DNA of 64,000 bases from the NCBI GenBank assembly GCA_040954595.2, contig CM082591.2:1291882-1355881 (forward strand), given 5' to 3'. This DNA comes from Balanoglossus misakiensis. Lineage: Eukaryota > Animalia > Hemichordata. Both the position numbers and the translations under genes were made by a program. The notes under the pieces are model-generated. The model saw only the letters and a list, made by a program, of their open reading frames with translations. It was not told the DNA's origin and searched no databases. Within the stretch, counting starts at the first letter, position 1; each line of letters opens with the position of its first letter. Positions 1 to 13,138 of this stretch are shown one piece after another.

Positions 1-3000
1 GAATCAAACTGGGAATATTTATCCGTCTCCTTCAGGAAAAACTCTCCGGGTGGAATCCGACGTTGTGCTTCTTTAGCTGCTTGCCTTTCCCGTTCTTTCT
101 GTTTGGCCTCTTCTTTCTTTCTTTGCTTTTCCTCCGCGATCTGACAAGAAATCACGGAATACAATATCAGATAGCCGTTCCCCAACAGAACAAAGTCCAA
201 GAGTCTTTCACCAGCTGAAAATCAGTCTTTCAATACTGCTGACTGTCATGTGACCATTTCTAGTAACTATGGGTAATGCCATGTCAAAGGTCACATTTTC
301 ATGGACTAATTCCACTAACGTAATCAAATACCAACCTGTCTTGCCTGCTCCCGTTCCTTGAGTAAGATTTCTTTGTCTACGAGTTTGACGACAGTCGGTT
401 GGCCTTCATGATCTTCCAAACGCACTCCTAACTCCGGTAGCGTATTGTCGCGAACATCATCACAAAGTTTAAGGACCTCTACAACTGTTACAAGAATACG
501 ATAAAAAGTTAGGTTCCGTAACTATCGTCATGTTTGAAAAGAATTCAGAAAACATCTATAGATGGAAATCTCATTAACCCTTTCACCCCAGTTCCCTCTT
601 TAGTGATCCAACTGTACCATAGAAAACAATAGATTTGGACTGAACCATTCTGGTGAAAGGGTTAACTCTGCTCGTACCTTTCTTTTCCCTGGCAACTTGT
701 CGTACGCTGTCTCTGAAATCGGCGAACGCCTTGACAAACGGCATTACAGTTTCTTCCAACTGTCAACAAAAATAAACAGGAGATGAGGGTTAAGTTTACA
801 CTAAAGTGTGCCTGGTGTAATGTCCAAGTACCACTTACATATATATGACACATTATGAACAATGGCAGAAATATACACAAACACATACTGCTTTCGTTTT
901 ACATAAAGCAATGATGGAGCCAACAATTCTGACTTACATTTGTATTGTTCTGTGACCCACCAACAGGAAATCCCATCGCTTCATCGCCCTCGATAGCACC
1001 AAACATCTGTAATGATAACAACAGTGATTTCTGACTTTAATAATTCACATGAACAATGCACAACTTTGACATCTTTCAGAAAACATTATTTCACACTGTT
1101 CCAAACAGTGAAACATGGCTGATATAATCATACATACCCCTTCTCATGCCAAACTTCCGAATAACATGACATATGGCCTTTGACCTCTGACCTACCTTCA
1201 ATATCTGTGTAAGATAGGTAGCAATATTTCTCAGCAGTATACTATTTGGTGGTATTTTGTCCGCTTTGCTGTCTCTTATGTAGATATTACTATTGCTAAC
1301 CAGTTCCCTCATCACCTCCATGGTTGATTTGGTATCTATCGAGTCACAAAGTGCCTTCTCTACATCAGATTTGCTCTGCTGAAATCTGTACAAGATGTAC
1401 GTACATGCATAAGTATCTTAGCAACATATTTGGAGATAGGCGGCCATTTTCTAAACGTACAGAGGCAGTCACAGTCAACCGAGAGATAATCGCTCAGGTA
1501 AATTTCTAGAGATTTCACATTTCTATTGCAACAGAAACTTACTGTTTAGAAAGTTTCAGTTCAGCCTGATTCCACTTCAGGAATTTTTCCGGGCCTGGAG
1601 CAGCATTCCGGACAATATCCTTTACATTGAGGAAGAATTCCTGGTGAAGACAGAAGAAAACAGAAGTCATTATGTCAGTGAAGTGTCTGATATATTGAGA
1701 GATCCTGGCTGATGTTTATTACACAAAAATACTCATTACACTTACATTCATAAATTTTTCATACTGGATTGCAATTTCCATGGTGTTATTCGAATAGTCC
1801 AACGTGTCTTTCCAGGAATGGAGTAGAAACATCAACCGGAGTTGTCTGGAAGTGTGTTTTTCCAATGCATCCTTAATTGTGATGAAGTTTTTCAAAGATT
1901 TAGACATCTTACATCCAGCAATGGTCAGATGTCCTGAATGGAGGAAATATCTCACCCAGTGGTCATTACCGTAGTATGCCTGAATCGGGGAGAACAGGAG
2001 GATAGAAATTCTCTTGTCAATAACTGAAAGAAGCGGTCTTGTAAATATAATTGTGTTGTTTTCATTACGAAAATAACACTGACCTTCAAGGGAACACCAC
2101 CACAGGCAGTAAAACGATTGAACTCAGTTGTGGCATATGTGTTTTATGTGGTACCTACCTCAGCCTGGGCAAGTTCGTTGTCATGGTGAGGAAATCGCAA
2201 ATCAAATCCCCCAGTGTGGATATCCAGAGATTCTCCCAGAATGCAACTAGCCATGACAGAACACTCAATATGCCACCCTGGACGGCCCTAGTCGGTGGAA
2301 TAGATTGAAATCAAGACGATTGGTGTTCATTATGAAATTCATATGGAATAGGACATAAATGCCACATATAAAAAGTGCTGCGACCCTATGAGAAGATGGC
2401 CACTTTCATAACATCAGGCAGGCAACAACAGCTTCTCATATTCAGGCTTTCTACATATCTCTTGCTGCAAGTTAGGAATAACACTATAGCAGGAATTTCT
2501 TAATTATTTGCTGCAGGAGATGACCTTTGACCTTTGAACTCTCACCTTTCCCCAAGGTGACTCCCAAGCAGGTTCACCAGGTTTGGACGCCTTCCACACA
2601 GCGAAATCATTGGGCGACCTCTTCTCATCGAGACGATCCTGTGTTATACTCAGATCGCCCTCGCCTTCCTGGAGCGCCTTGCTGTCACCGACGCCTTCAG
2701 GGACCAACTTTGCATAGCTGTGATTTTCAGCACTGTCGAAAGTCGCCACTGAGAAGTACACAGACCCATTTGACACATAGCTGTAATGCAAATCATACAG
2801 GATTGGATCAGTCGTGAGTTCCTTTACAAAAATGCACAGAGGTCTCAGAATTACAGTCAGTGAGACTTACGCGAATCCATTGTCTACAATCTTCTTCACA
2901 TAATCAATCACTTCAGGGATGTATTCACTGACTCTGGTAAGGACATCAGCTGGCAATACCTATGGTGGCAAAACAGTTAGAAAACATTTCTTATCAAAGC

Positions 3001-4736
3001 GCAAATGAAAAGACAAATTTAGAATGTTGCTAACCCAATATTCTTTCCCTTGTTTACTGCCTTATACATCAGTGAAATCTCCACTCACTATTTCTGCATC
3101 AGAAAACACCAATGAAATCCTATATGACCTACTCACATTGACAGCTGTCATATCCTTATGATACTCATCTTCCCAGTATTGAGGCAACGATGAAAATATT
3201 GAATTATCTGTGATTTCATGGCCTGACCTGGAATCTAACAAGTCGGCTAAAATATCACGACTGTCTTCTGCAACGCTCTGTCCAGGAAAAACAAAACATA
3301 CAGGTTAGTCTATAAGCATATCATTGCCTTGTAAGTGTATTGGGAGTCTAAGACTGTGGTGTTTACATTAGGGAAGGGTTAGAGTCTATTCAAGCTCACC
3401 AACCCTAACCACATCACAAAGAATATTTTATACAAGAGGGCGTTTCCACACAACTTGCCTGCATCACTGGAAGGTGGTCCTCATTTGCATTTTGTTTGTT
3501 ATTTAAATGAGTTTCTAATTCTGAAATTCCCTTCTCCACTTTCTTGAGAAGTCTCTCAAACATATTCTTCTTGTCTGGGTCAGTCTCCTTTTCTAACTTG
3601 CTGTCATATTTCTTAAAATAAAATTAAGAATACACTATTTAGTTAACAGGATCACAATGAAAACATCACTCATATTTGTCTTTTTTCAAATAAAAACACA
3701 AAAGATTTGATGAGAAATATGTAAATAAAATATAATCATACAACACTTATTATATGAATAATGAAAGACAAGTCACACTCACCAATTTTCCTTGTTGAAT
3801 GTCTTTGAACAGAACAGATGGGCACTTCATGGCCTTCTTGTATTCATCAAAGAGGTAGTTCTGACGCGCTCTTTTGATAATTTTGTCATCAATGTCAGTA
3901 ATGTTCATACAATACAGTACATCGTAGTTGAAATACTGACTCAAGACTCGACGTAAGATGTCAAATGAAATGTAGGACCTGAAAAAAAGGAAAATTATAT
4001 CATTTATTGTGAACTTCAAAGGTTGTTAACAAGACAAAATAGGTGCAAAGAGTTACTGAACCATGTGTTAACTTACCTGGCATGTCCCATATGTGAAGCA
4101 TCATACACAGTTGGCCCACAGCTGTACCACAGCACCTGGTTACCATGTTGTGGAATAAATGGTTCCTTCTGTCTGGTCAGACTGTTATACACATAAAGCT
4201 GGGGTCTCTTGTCCCCTTCTGGTGGATTCCAAGCTGGCTGACATCTCTTCTTGTTTGCTGGTTATTATATGAGTGCCAAAGAAAATGAACATGATTTTGA
4301 TCTGGGTGTGGTTCGTGTGTGAAAAGGTGGTGGAGGGAGAAAGGGGAGGGGCACTGAAATGGCATTGCACACGTGACAGTTCATGACATTCATTGCATCC
4401 ATAGACCCCACTGTCCCGATGTTAGTGAAGAATCATCAAATGATGGTAACGAAACTGCTTGTGTACAGCTGCGATCGGGATCAATGTTTATCACCAGGTG
4501 CAAGTGACTGCCAGGTGCATCAATGCAACGTACATCCCATATGTCAATCCCAAAACATATACAGTGTCGACTTTCGTGGTGGTAACAAGAAAACTGTAAT
4601 CGTGTCTACGTCCGATTTGCATCGTGTGGATCGGACGAGAAAGATGATCAATTAAAGGAACCCTGCATGACAGATAACATGTTCTTTGAACACGAAGACC
4701 AGACGTGGCCACTTTATACTCACCGGCGTCCGCCAT
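1..4736 (-). CDS. CARS1: Cytoplasmic cysteinyl-tRNA synthetase, multi-exon; 3' end lies outside the window
   Basis: Exon 1 ATG GCG GAC GCC G|gtgagt (4736-4724). Later exons encode [18 protein letters not shown] (HIGH-type), [60 protein letters not shown] and [19 protein letters not shown]. Confidence 0.97.
574..665. mobile_element. piggyBac-type MITE in a CARS1 intron
   Basis: Perfect inverted termini ttaaccctttcacc (574-587) and ggtgaaagggttaa (652-665): TTAA target site plus CCC/GGG ends. Confidence 0.75.
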
Positions 4737-5792
4737 CTTGAAAATGATGAAATACCCAGAAACGGAACGTTGGGGGCGCTAGTTAGGTGACGCCCTGGGT
4801 GACGCCCAACTACCGGATACCATGACAACTGTACGGTATTTCTTGTTTTAAACGTTTGCCTTGCAAAAATCAGAAAAGTTTCAGAGGGCTCAACTTTTGA
4901 GATATATTCCTCTCAACCCTAACAACATTGAGGTCATTCAATGCAAGGACTACAATTTTGCCTTAAAGATTCAACACACCAATTTAGGTATGTCTCTGCT
5001 CTATGTAAAGAATAAAACATGTATAAATAGAATGCCATGTGTAAATAAAATAATAAATATGTGTAAATATTAAAGAAATGTCTTTCAAATAATATAATAG
5101 TGGCTTTTAATAATATAATAAGGTATAAAATAGTACAATGTGTAAATAAAATAATTTTGTTAGTAAGTTTCCTATAAGAATGTTATAGGATAGGAATCCT
5201 ATAGGTCTTATGGGATTTTGCCACCTTTCCTAAAGGAATCCTAAAAGAATTCTTTAAGTCTTCAATATTATAAGTTTCCTGTAAGGATATCAATAGGTTT
5301 CCTAAAGGAGTCGTTTTGGTCTTCAATAAAAACTTTCACTACAAGTACTAGTACAATATGTACAAGACTGTGTCTAGGGACCCCGTGAAGTTCAGCCCCC
5401 ATGACCACTGCCGTTCGTAATATTGTCCTAGGGCACGTTTTTCTCAACGTGCTTTATAACAAAGTGATTTGATCGAACCCGATTAATAAGTTATGTAACG
5501 GCGACCCGGTTGGCAAAGACCGGTGGTACACGTGGGACAATCTGGTGTGTGTCCGTCACGTGACCTGGTTTGACCAATGGCTGACTTCGAACATCATGTG
5601 AGGTGCGTGACGTATCAGTTGTAAACAAACAGAAAGGAACATCCGTACGTGTATATTTCACTGTTGTGATATGTTGCGTTCAATGTTTTATCGCAAAGTC
5701 CAACTGGATCTGCATTATCTCAAAGTTCACCTACATTAGCCGCATATGTCGCATCAAAGTAACATCCATCCGTCGTTTTGTGGTTGTTAAAT
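4737..5792. promoter_or_regulatory. Divergent CARS1/PNPLA2 promoter region
   Basis: Head-to-head start codons ~1.06 kb apart. Motifs: TGATGAAAT (4745-4753), GTCACGTGAC (5555-5564), CCAAT (~5574), TGACGT (~5608), GTAAACAA (5621-5628). Confidence 0.6.
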
Positions 5793-8700
5793 ATGAATCT
5801 TTCGTTAGCTGGATGTGGTTTCTTGGGCATTTATCACGTCGGTGTAGCGAGTTGTTTTGTTGAACACGCTCCTGAATTGATCAAGACTTGCAAGGTTGCT
5901 GGTGCTTCTGCTGGGGCTCTGGCCGGCTGCCTTTTAGTTTGCGACGACATTGATTTAAGTGAGTATGAATATCTACAGTATCTCTGTTACCTCTGTTTAT
6001 TGTTGTGCCTCATCAATCGCACGAACAGGTATTGATTTCTTTAATTTATTTCGAGGCGATCACGATATGGAATGTGAAATAGATTACACTTCCATGATGG
6101 TACTAAAACCAGGCCGTATGCCATAATGGAAAGTAGGCCGGGTTACGATGGGCGATAAACAGACGTGCTTATTTTATATTACGGTGTCCTATGAATCTAA
6201 AACATCTCAATAAGGCCCCAAATATATGTGCGATCAGATCTATGGATAGCGTGCGACTGCGATTGGCACTCTCAGTACAACAGTGTTTGCATTGCTCTAG
6301 CAGTTGAAATTTGATTTGGCGAACGACCTAGACCTTTCGTAATTCAGTAGCCCGCATACCGGCCGGATTCAATTGTGATTGGTCCATATACATATCTACA
6401 AAGACAATTAATGTCGGGTTTTGTCCCTTCCAAGTTGTAATGGCAAATCACTGCAGACACTTTTGATCCAGTCTTTGAAGCCAGCAGAAACACTACACAC
6501 CCACACAAAACATAAATTTTACTGGCTTGAAGCACTTTGAAGAAATGGGTCACATTCTTATGTAAGGTCATCACACTTTTGTGTTAAAAACGCTGACTGT
6601 GAACATTTGGCTCCTCTTTTGTGTGCAACTTTTAAACGTAGACAGTTCTACTGTTTATGACATAACCATTAAAAGCTTCAAAATGCTATGAAATATTCAT
6701 GGACACATATAAAATTGGCTGATTTTTTCATTCAAAAACCGAACCCTTTTATAACCTTGACATATCAGCGAGTACACTGAGGAAGACTTTTCTGCATACT
6801 GCACAGAGGGGCATATACTTGAAAAAATTAAAACACAGCATAATCTCAGCAAATCGCCATTATCGTATGTTACGTCGCAACTTGTGGGTGCTAGCTCAGA
6901 GCAAAGGTCATATCACATGTTCACAAATGTGTTCTTGATACTGGTGTGTCTCTTGCCTAAAACTAAACTTTTTGTGGTTTCTTTTCAGGGGAATGCACAG
7001 AAGATGTTCTAGAAATCGTGATAAGAGCCCGCTCTCACACACTTAGTGCCCTGCACCCAAGTTTTAACGTCGCAAAAATTTTACAAGATGGTTTCAGAAA
7101 AGTTCTTCCAAAAGACGCACACAAAAGTGCCAGTGGGAAGCTCTTTGTATCTCTGACAAGGCTTTCAGATTTCAGCAATGTCGTCGTGTCAGAATTTGAA
7201 ACAAGAGAAGATCTTATTCAGGTAGGTGTTCAAAATATTGCCACAGATCCTGTACATTAAAAATACAGACAGCAAGTACGTGCACCAGGCGAGGTCAAAT
7301 TCAAATTCAAAGGTAGAGCTGCACTTATGCAACGTACAGAAGGTCGTTGACCTCCATGGCGATTCCTAGGTCAATGACCTTTGGTGTCTGGGAATTATCC
7401 CTGGGTATGTTTCTGAAATGTCCTTCAAAGGTCTGGAAAAAAGTAACCTGGTCTGAAAAATTGCTTTTATTCAGACATTTTATCAGAAATTTGAATTGTG
7501 AACGGAGAGCACTCTTAAGATTTAAAAGGCAAGACTTGTTTACATTTACATTGATTTCTTTCTCTTTTTTTTGCATTCATTGGCAGGCCCTCCTTTGCAG
7601 TGCATTTGTTCCATTTTACTCAGGACTGGTACCGCCAACATACAAAGGAGTTGTAAGTTGTTCCCATTATTATTTCTGGTTTATTTCATCACATCATTTG
7701 AGCTTGCACGGATCTCAGTATTAATCAAGTTTTCCAACATTAGTAAGTGAGAAGTGTAAAGTTATCCTCTTTGATTTGCTCTCAGCGCTATGTAGATGGA
7801 GGTTTGAGTGACAATTCTCCGTGTATCCCTGGAGCCGATGCCACCATTACTGTTTCTCCGTTTTCCGGCGAGAGTGACATCTGCCCGCCGACAGACGACA
7901 CCAGTAACTACCACCACATGAAGCTAGCCAATACCAGCATTCAGCTGACACCGGGGAACTTGTATCGAATGTCCAGAGCTCTCTTCCCACCAGAACCTGA
8001 GATCATGACGAAGATGTGTAGGCAGGGGTTTGAAGATGCGCTCAAGTTTCTCAAACACAGAGGTGAGAATGAGGAAACAAACTTTGTTGGGATTTCACAT
8101 ACAGCGTAGCCGTGTGAGACAACTGCAATTTCTAGTGAAAACAAAGTAATTGCAGTGCATCCCAACAGAGGGCGCACTACAATTCAGAAACCAAACTTCA
8201 GCAATCTCAGAAATAACACCCCTTCGTATTTTGTTTTGTCTGCTATCAGGTCTGGTGAGCTGTAACAGACATCTGAGTTTACGATCTCTGAGTGAAGCTC
8301 AGATCTATAGTGAAGCGTCGATGTCTGATGAAGAAGAGGAAGAGGAGAATTTTCTCCTGGAAGAGACACAGCATTGTGCAGACTGCCAAGAACGGAAACA
8401 AGAAGTGGCTTTAATTGATAATTTGCCAAAACCAGTCTTGGAAGGTAGACTAACTTTTTTTCCACCAAGTTTTGATTTTGTTTCCCTTTTACTTCACCTT
8501 TGTGATTTGCTCATTGGAGGATAGAGGTTGACTGTTGCGAATCTCATTCACACTTTCTGTATTTCTTTCCAATTCCAGCTCTACACGCTGCCAGTGCTTC
8601 AGTCAATGATAGCAGACTTGCCTGGATTGTCTCCTATGCCACCCTGCCCTGTGTGTTACCACTTGAAGCCACGTACTGTTTTCTCTCAAGGTGAGGACAC

Positions 8701-9443
8701 TCACATTCAGAAGACGTTACCACCAACCACTTCAAGTTTTCTTTCCTGATCCTTCGTTCAACATACATCATCATAAATGTTTGAAACTGTTTTTATTTTT
8801 CCCATTCTTGCACAGGTTTATTGACTGGCTTCCCTACTTACCCAGTGACTTGCAAGCGTTTGTGTACTTTGTGTGGAAAATTGCCAAATGCATCGTTCAA
8901 CATGTTGAAAGTGGACGACATAGCTACAGTGCAAGGTGAATATTTTAGTCATTGTCTGTTATTACTCTCTGGTGTTTTGTTTCCAAGTAACAGTAACAGT
9001 TACAGACTATTGATGAAGTGTGACACCAGGCATGGTGCCTCATCAGCCTCATGGTGTTTTGTCTGCAGTGGTCTGCATGACATTGCTCGTCAGCTGGAAA
9101 TTTGAAAACCCACAAAATTGCATCTAACTGCCCCTGACATCATTTGATTTCAAAGACTTGAAAAAATCATCAACTGAAACTATATCTCTTTGTGTCTAGG
9201 TTCAGCTGCCAGCTTGCCATCACCGAGAGTGAAATCGACAGAGCATGGTATGAAAGGCACATACAGGACGATCACGAACATGTGCATTTCAACATGGCCT
9301 TGGACATCAAGAAACGGGAACATGGCGTGCGGTGGCAGATAGGGGAAGATGAAATAAAACTGTCTAGTGAGGAGAGTGATGAAAATGATAATGAACTGTC
9401 CCTTGTGGCGAGAAATCCTGGCTCATCACTGGAGATGTGCTGA
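5793..9443 (+). CDS. PNPLA2: Patatin-like phospholipase / adipose triglyceride lipase (ATGL, brummer-like), multi-exon
   Basis: [18 protein letters not shown], catalytic [53 protein letters not shown] exons start at about 5793, 6989, 7588, 7786, 8250, 8579, 8816 and 9200. Confidence 0.92.
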
Positions 9444-11640
9444 TACGAAAGTCAGTCAAGAGGTTGAGAATATGACTGCAGTTCATTATTTACATTAGAA
9501 ATGGATTTACACAGATATTATGTAAACAAAATTTGGTGAAATGTTTCACATATTTATTTCTGTGAGGTATAATAGCATGCCACTCAGTTTAAAATGAGGG
9601 TCTTCCTTCAAGATAGAAATTAGGTTCAAATACTTCATTTCTGTCCTGCTCTTTGTTGGCAAGTAATTATTTCTGTGTCAAATCTTCCTTGAATGCAGTT
9701 TTTATGGAATAATTTTTATTTTTACGCTGTGAAGGTGTTTGATGTTGTGTCAAACTTGCTGTTTTAATATTAATTGAAAACAACCTAAGTTAAGATTTGA
9801 GTGAAGGAATCATTGAATCTGACAAGAGAGAGAAAAAACTCAAATCTTCAAATAAATGCCTGAAATATTTATTGGAATGAAGTACCACCAAAATAAAAAC
9901 ACATGAGATTCGTATGTCAAAGAATTGATTTTCGAGAATCATACCCAGACATATTATGTACTCAAAACTTGTTTCAGCACAAACAGTAGACTGAGTAAGG
10001 TCTTTGGTTTCAGAATCTTTCAAAATTTCTGAGAATTGCAATTTTAACAAATTAATGACAAAACAAAAAATTTAATTTCTACCAGACTGGTTGTTGCTGT
10101 GACAAGATGCTCTCACGTCGCTAGACTCCTTTAAAAGTTTTGAAAAAATTATGTGCAATAAATATTATATGACATGCCATTTTTATGAATAAAAATTCAC
10201 ACTTGTCTGAACAAATATTTGACTTTTTTGTTCATTAAATGAACATAATTAACAATGATGATGACCTTGCTGGGGAATGACCCGATGACCCCAAAAAACT
10301 ACCGCCGATTGGTCGATTGAACTATGTCTCTCTGAGTCAAAACGTTCCCTGGCTGGTATAAAAAATACTCGACTTGACTGACATTTTCGAAACTTTTCAC
10401 ACAAGGAAACGGACTTTATGCTGCTGTGAGCACCATATCATGAAGAGGTGAGGATAAATAGCTGACAAAAAATTCAGAACGATGTCAAACTATGAACAAA
10501 TTTACAGCTTTCAGTTTGGAGTTCGCCTCGTGCGTTATCTTGAGGCATGCGCAGACGAGGATGCATGGCATTATGCATTTCCCAGGTGGTCGCGTAAGCA
10601 TCCTTACACATCCTTCCGAGGTTGTCATTGTTTTAGGCTGATTAGTTCGGACACAAACCACAGTTTTGGTACACCATTCCTGGAATATGGAAGCAGAACT
10701 GATCCAGCTTGTGGTAAAACAATATGACGACCGAGAAAATGTGTTTCAAGGGATATCATCATAGCAAGTTTACAAGTGTGTGCCCCGGCCATTTTCTTCA
10801 ATTCTCTCATGGTTTATTTCGGATAGACTTCAAGACGACGTGTTGGTGAGTGTCTTTACATTATTTTCTGAGAACTTAATTTGCGCGACCGGTTTGAAGC
10901 AGCCTGCAGCCGCGTGCAACTTGAGTCGGACGGGTCGTTCTCTTCGGCTTTGGACTTTCTCGCTGTTGTTGCCGACATCTTTTGCCCACCCGACATCGGA
11001 CGTCATTTCAACTTTGTGGAAAAATTACTGGGTATCCAGAAATCGGCTGTTATCAGGGTTTCGACGTTCAAATACAGAGTATCATCACACAGGATTATTG
11101 CGTGGTGGCGTGTGCTGTCGCTCCGAGCTGCTTTGTGGACAGACGACACGGTTTCGTCTCTGCATTTTACAGCAGACGACATTTTTGATGCAAGTGCGGC
11201 TCTGTGAGCCAAAGTGAATGAAAAATAGTCGAAAACACGAGATCTGAAAAGGCTTGAACTTTTACAAGATGAGGGTGACCGTGTAGCGCTTTGGATGATA
11301 CGTTCTCATTGGTTTTCATTCGTGCACCTGTTTGTGTACACGTGTGGAGAGCGAAATATATAACGTCCAATCAGAAGCAACCTTGCGAAAGCAGGTCACT
11401 TCATTGGTCATGCCCGATCCTTGTGAAGAATCTCACCGAAATAGAGCTTTTGTAAGAAGACGCAGATTTAGGCATTTCCTCTCTGTTATTTTTAACAATA
11501 TTTGTGGCTATCATTTGTCGGCTATTCTAACTAACTCCGAGAATAATTCACGGAATACAGAAACGTCATTAATCGATGTTTATAGTCAAAATTTGAACTC
11601 GAAAGACAAGTGCTTAATTTCACATCCAGAAATCAGTGCA

Positions 11641-12468
11641 TTATAAACTTTGGCTTGAATTGGTCACCATGGTGATATCCTGATGACGTAAGCAACGGTC
11701 AAGTTTCTGAAGGACTGTCCGAGTCATCATTTTGTCTTCAAGCTGTGCATTTTCGAGAACCCTTATTCGGTGTCTCAGTGCATTATAAGCGTTTTGTCCG
11801 GCCGTTTCATTGTTGTCGTCATTCCCCCGGTCTCCAAGTCTGTCATCTGTGGAGGGTTCGGACAAACTAGTTCTCGTCTGTTCCAGGCGGTTTGCGTTGT
11901 CATTGCCAACGGATGGATGTTTCCCCAATGTTGCCGTGACAACACGCCTTGGCAACAGATACGAGAGTGTGATGATGAACAGTCTGTACTTGACCGCTGG
12001 TTCCAACCAGGCAAACGCACACAAGAATTGAACACAAAATTTCGCATATTTTAACAACTCTTTTACACCCACACGTAAGTTGTTGCCGAACAGAAAAATA
12101 TTGTCAGTCAGGAAAAAGATGATTCGTGTGACAGACCACTCACGAGTCATGTCAAGAAGTGTCTGTAGGCGTCTCAGTGGCTGTAGAATGAAATCGCCAG
12201 TGCGTGGTCTCCACCTGAAGACGTCAATGATGACGTTGTTGGACCCTCTTTCTGTGCTCCAGAAAAATCCCATGGAGTGCCCAGCGGAAACACAACATCT
12301 TCCAAAAGACTCTGTTGTTCGAATCCCTGCGATCACACACTGTATTACGAGCGAAATTGCCTTTTCACATGGCATCAAAAGAGTCCTTGCTGCTGGTAAT
12401 TTTCGGAAACCTGCATACAGAATCTTTGGCACAAACATCGTTAATTGAATGACTTCCTTTATCGCCAT
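11641..12468 (-). CDS. Intronless 275-aa hypothetical protein with hydrophobic segments and a C-terminal coiled-coil-like helix
   Basis: ATG in gatcgccATG-like context (plus strand atcgccat), long ORF in a CpG-richer island, AYNALRHRIRVLENAQLE heptad pattern. No recognisable family motif. Confidence 0.4.
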   Translation of the reverse strand: MAIKEVIQLTMFVPKILYAGFRKLPAARTLLMPCEKAISLVIQCVIAGIRTTESFGRCCVSAGHSMGFFWSTERGSNNVIIDVFRWRPRTGDFILQPLRRLQTLLDMTREWSVTRIIFFLTDNIFLFGNNLRVGVKELLKYAKFCVQFLCAFAWLEPAVKYRLFIITLSYLLPRRVVTATLGKHPSVGNDNANRLEQTRTSLSEPSTDDRLGDRGNDDNNETAGQNAYNALRHRIRVLENAQLEDKMMTRTVLQKLDRCLRHQDITMVTNSSQSL

Positions 12469-13138
12469 CGTGTGTCATTTAGAGATGTTCAAAACAGCGC
12501 GCACGACTTGTGGAGTGAATAACAAGAGCAAGAGAGGGAGACAGAATAGAACTTCGATATGGGAAGAATGAAGCATGCTAAACAATGTTGGCGTTCCACA
12601 GTGTTGTTGCCATAGTGATAAAAAGGAACGAGTGCCTTGTTGCAGAGCGCCATCACACGTGTTCGTTGCGGTTCTTTGGTTTTGACACGTGGTTTTGAGT
12701 CTGTTTGTCGGAAAACCATGACGTGGATGGGTGGCAATGGCGCCCCTTTAGTTAGGAAATTCGTTGAGGTAATATATATACATGTAGTATAGTACCCAGA
12801 TGTTGCCAAGACCAAATCAATTGACAGAATCATGACAATCTATCTTGCAAGAAATTAACACACGTACAATTCAATGACATTCTCTGAAAACATTCAGAAT
12901 TCATTTATTTCATCACCAGAAAGAAAACTTCACATCTCTCAGAGCAATAAATGATTCCTGATCCCAGCGATGTCTTATACTGACTGAAAATTAAATGCAA
13001 CATGATTTCTTGCTGAAAGTAAAATTAAAACGTCCATCGTGCAAATCTGAATTGGATAATCTCCAACTTAGACAAGACAATTCTTGCTTGAGACAAAATC
13101 TGAGGAATATCCATACTTTGGCCATTCTGTCTGGGCAT

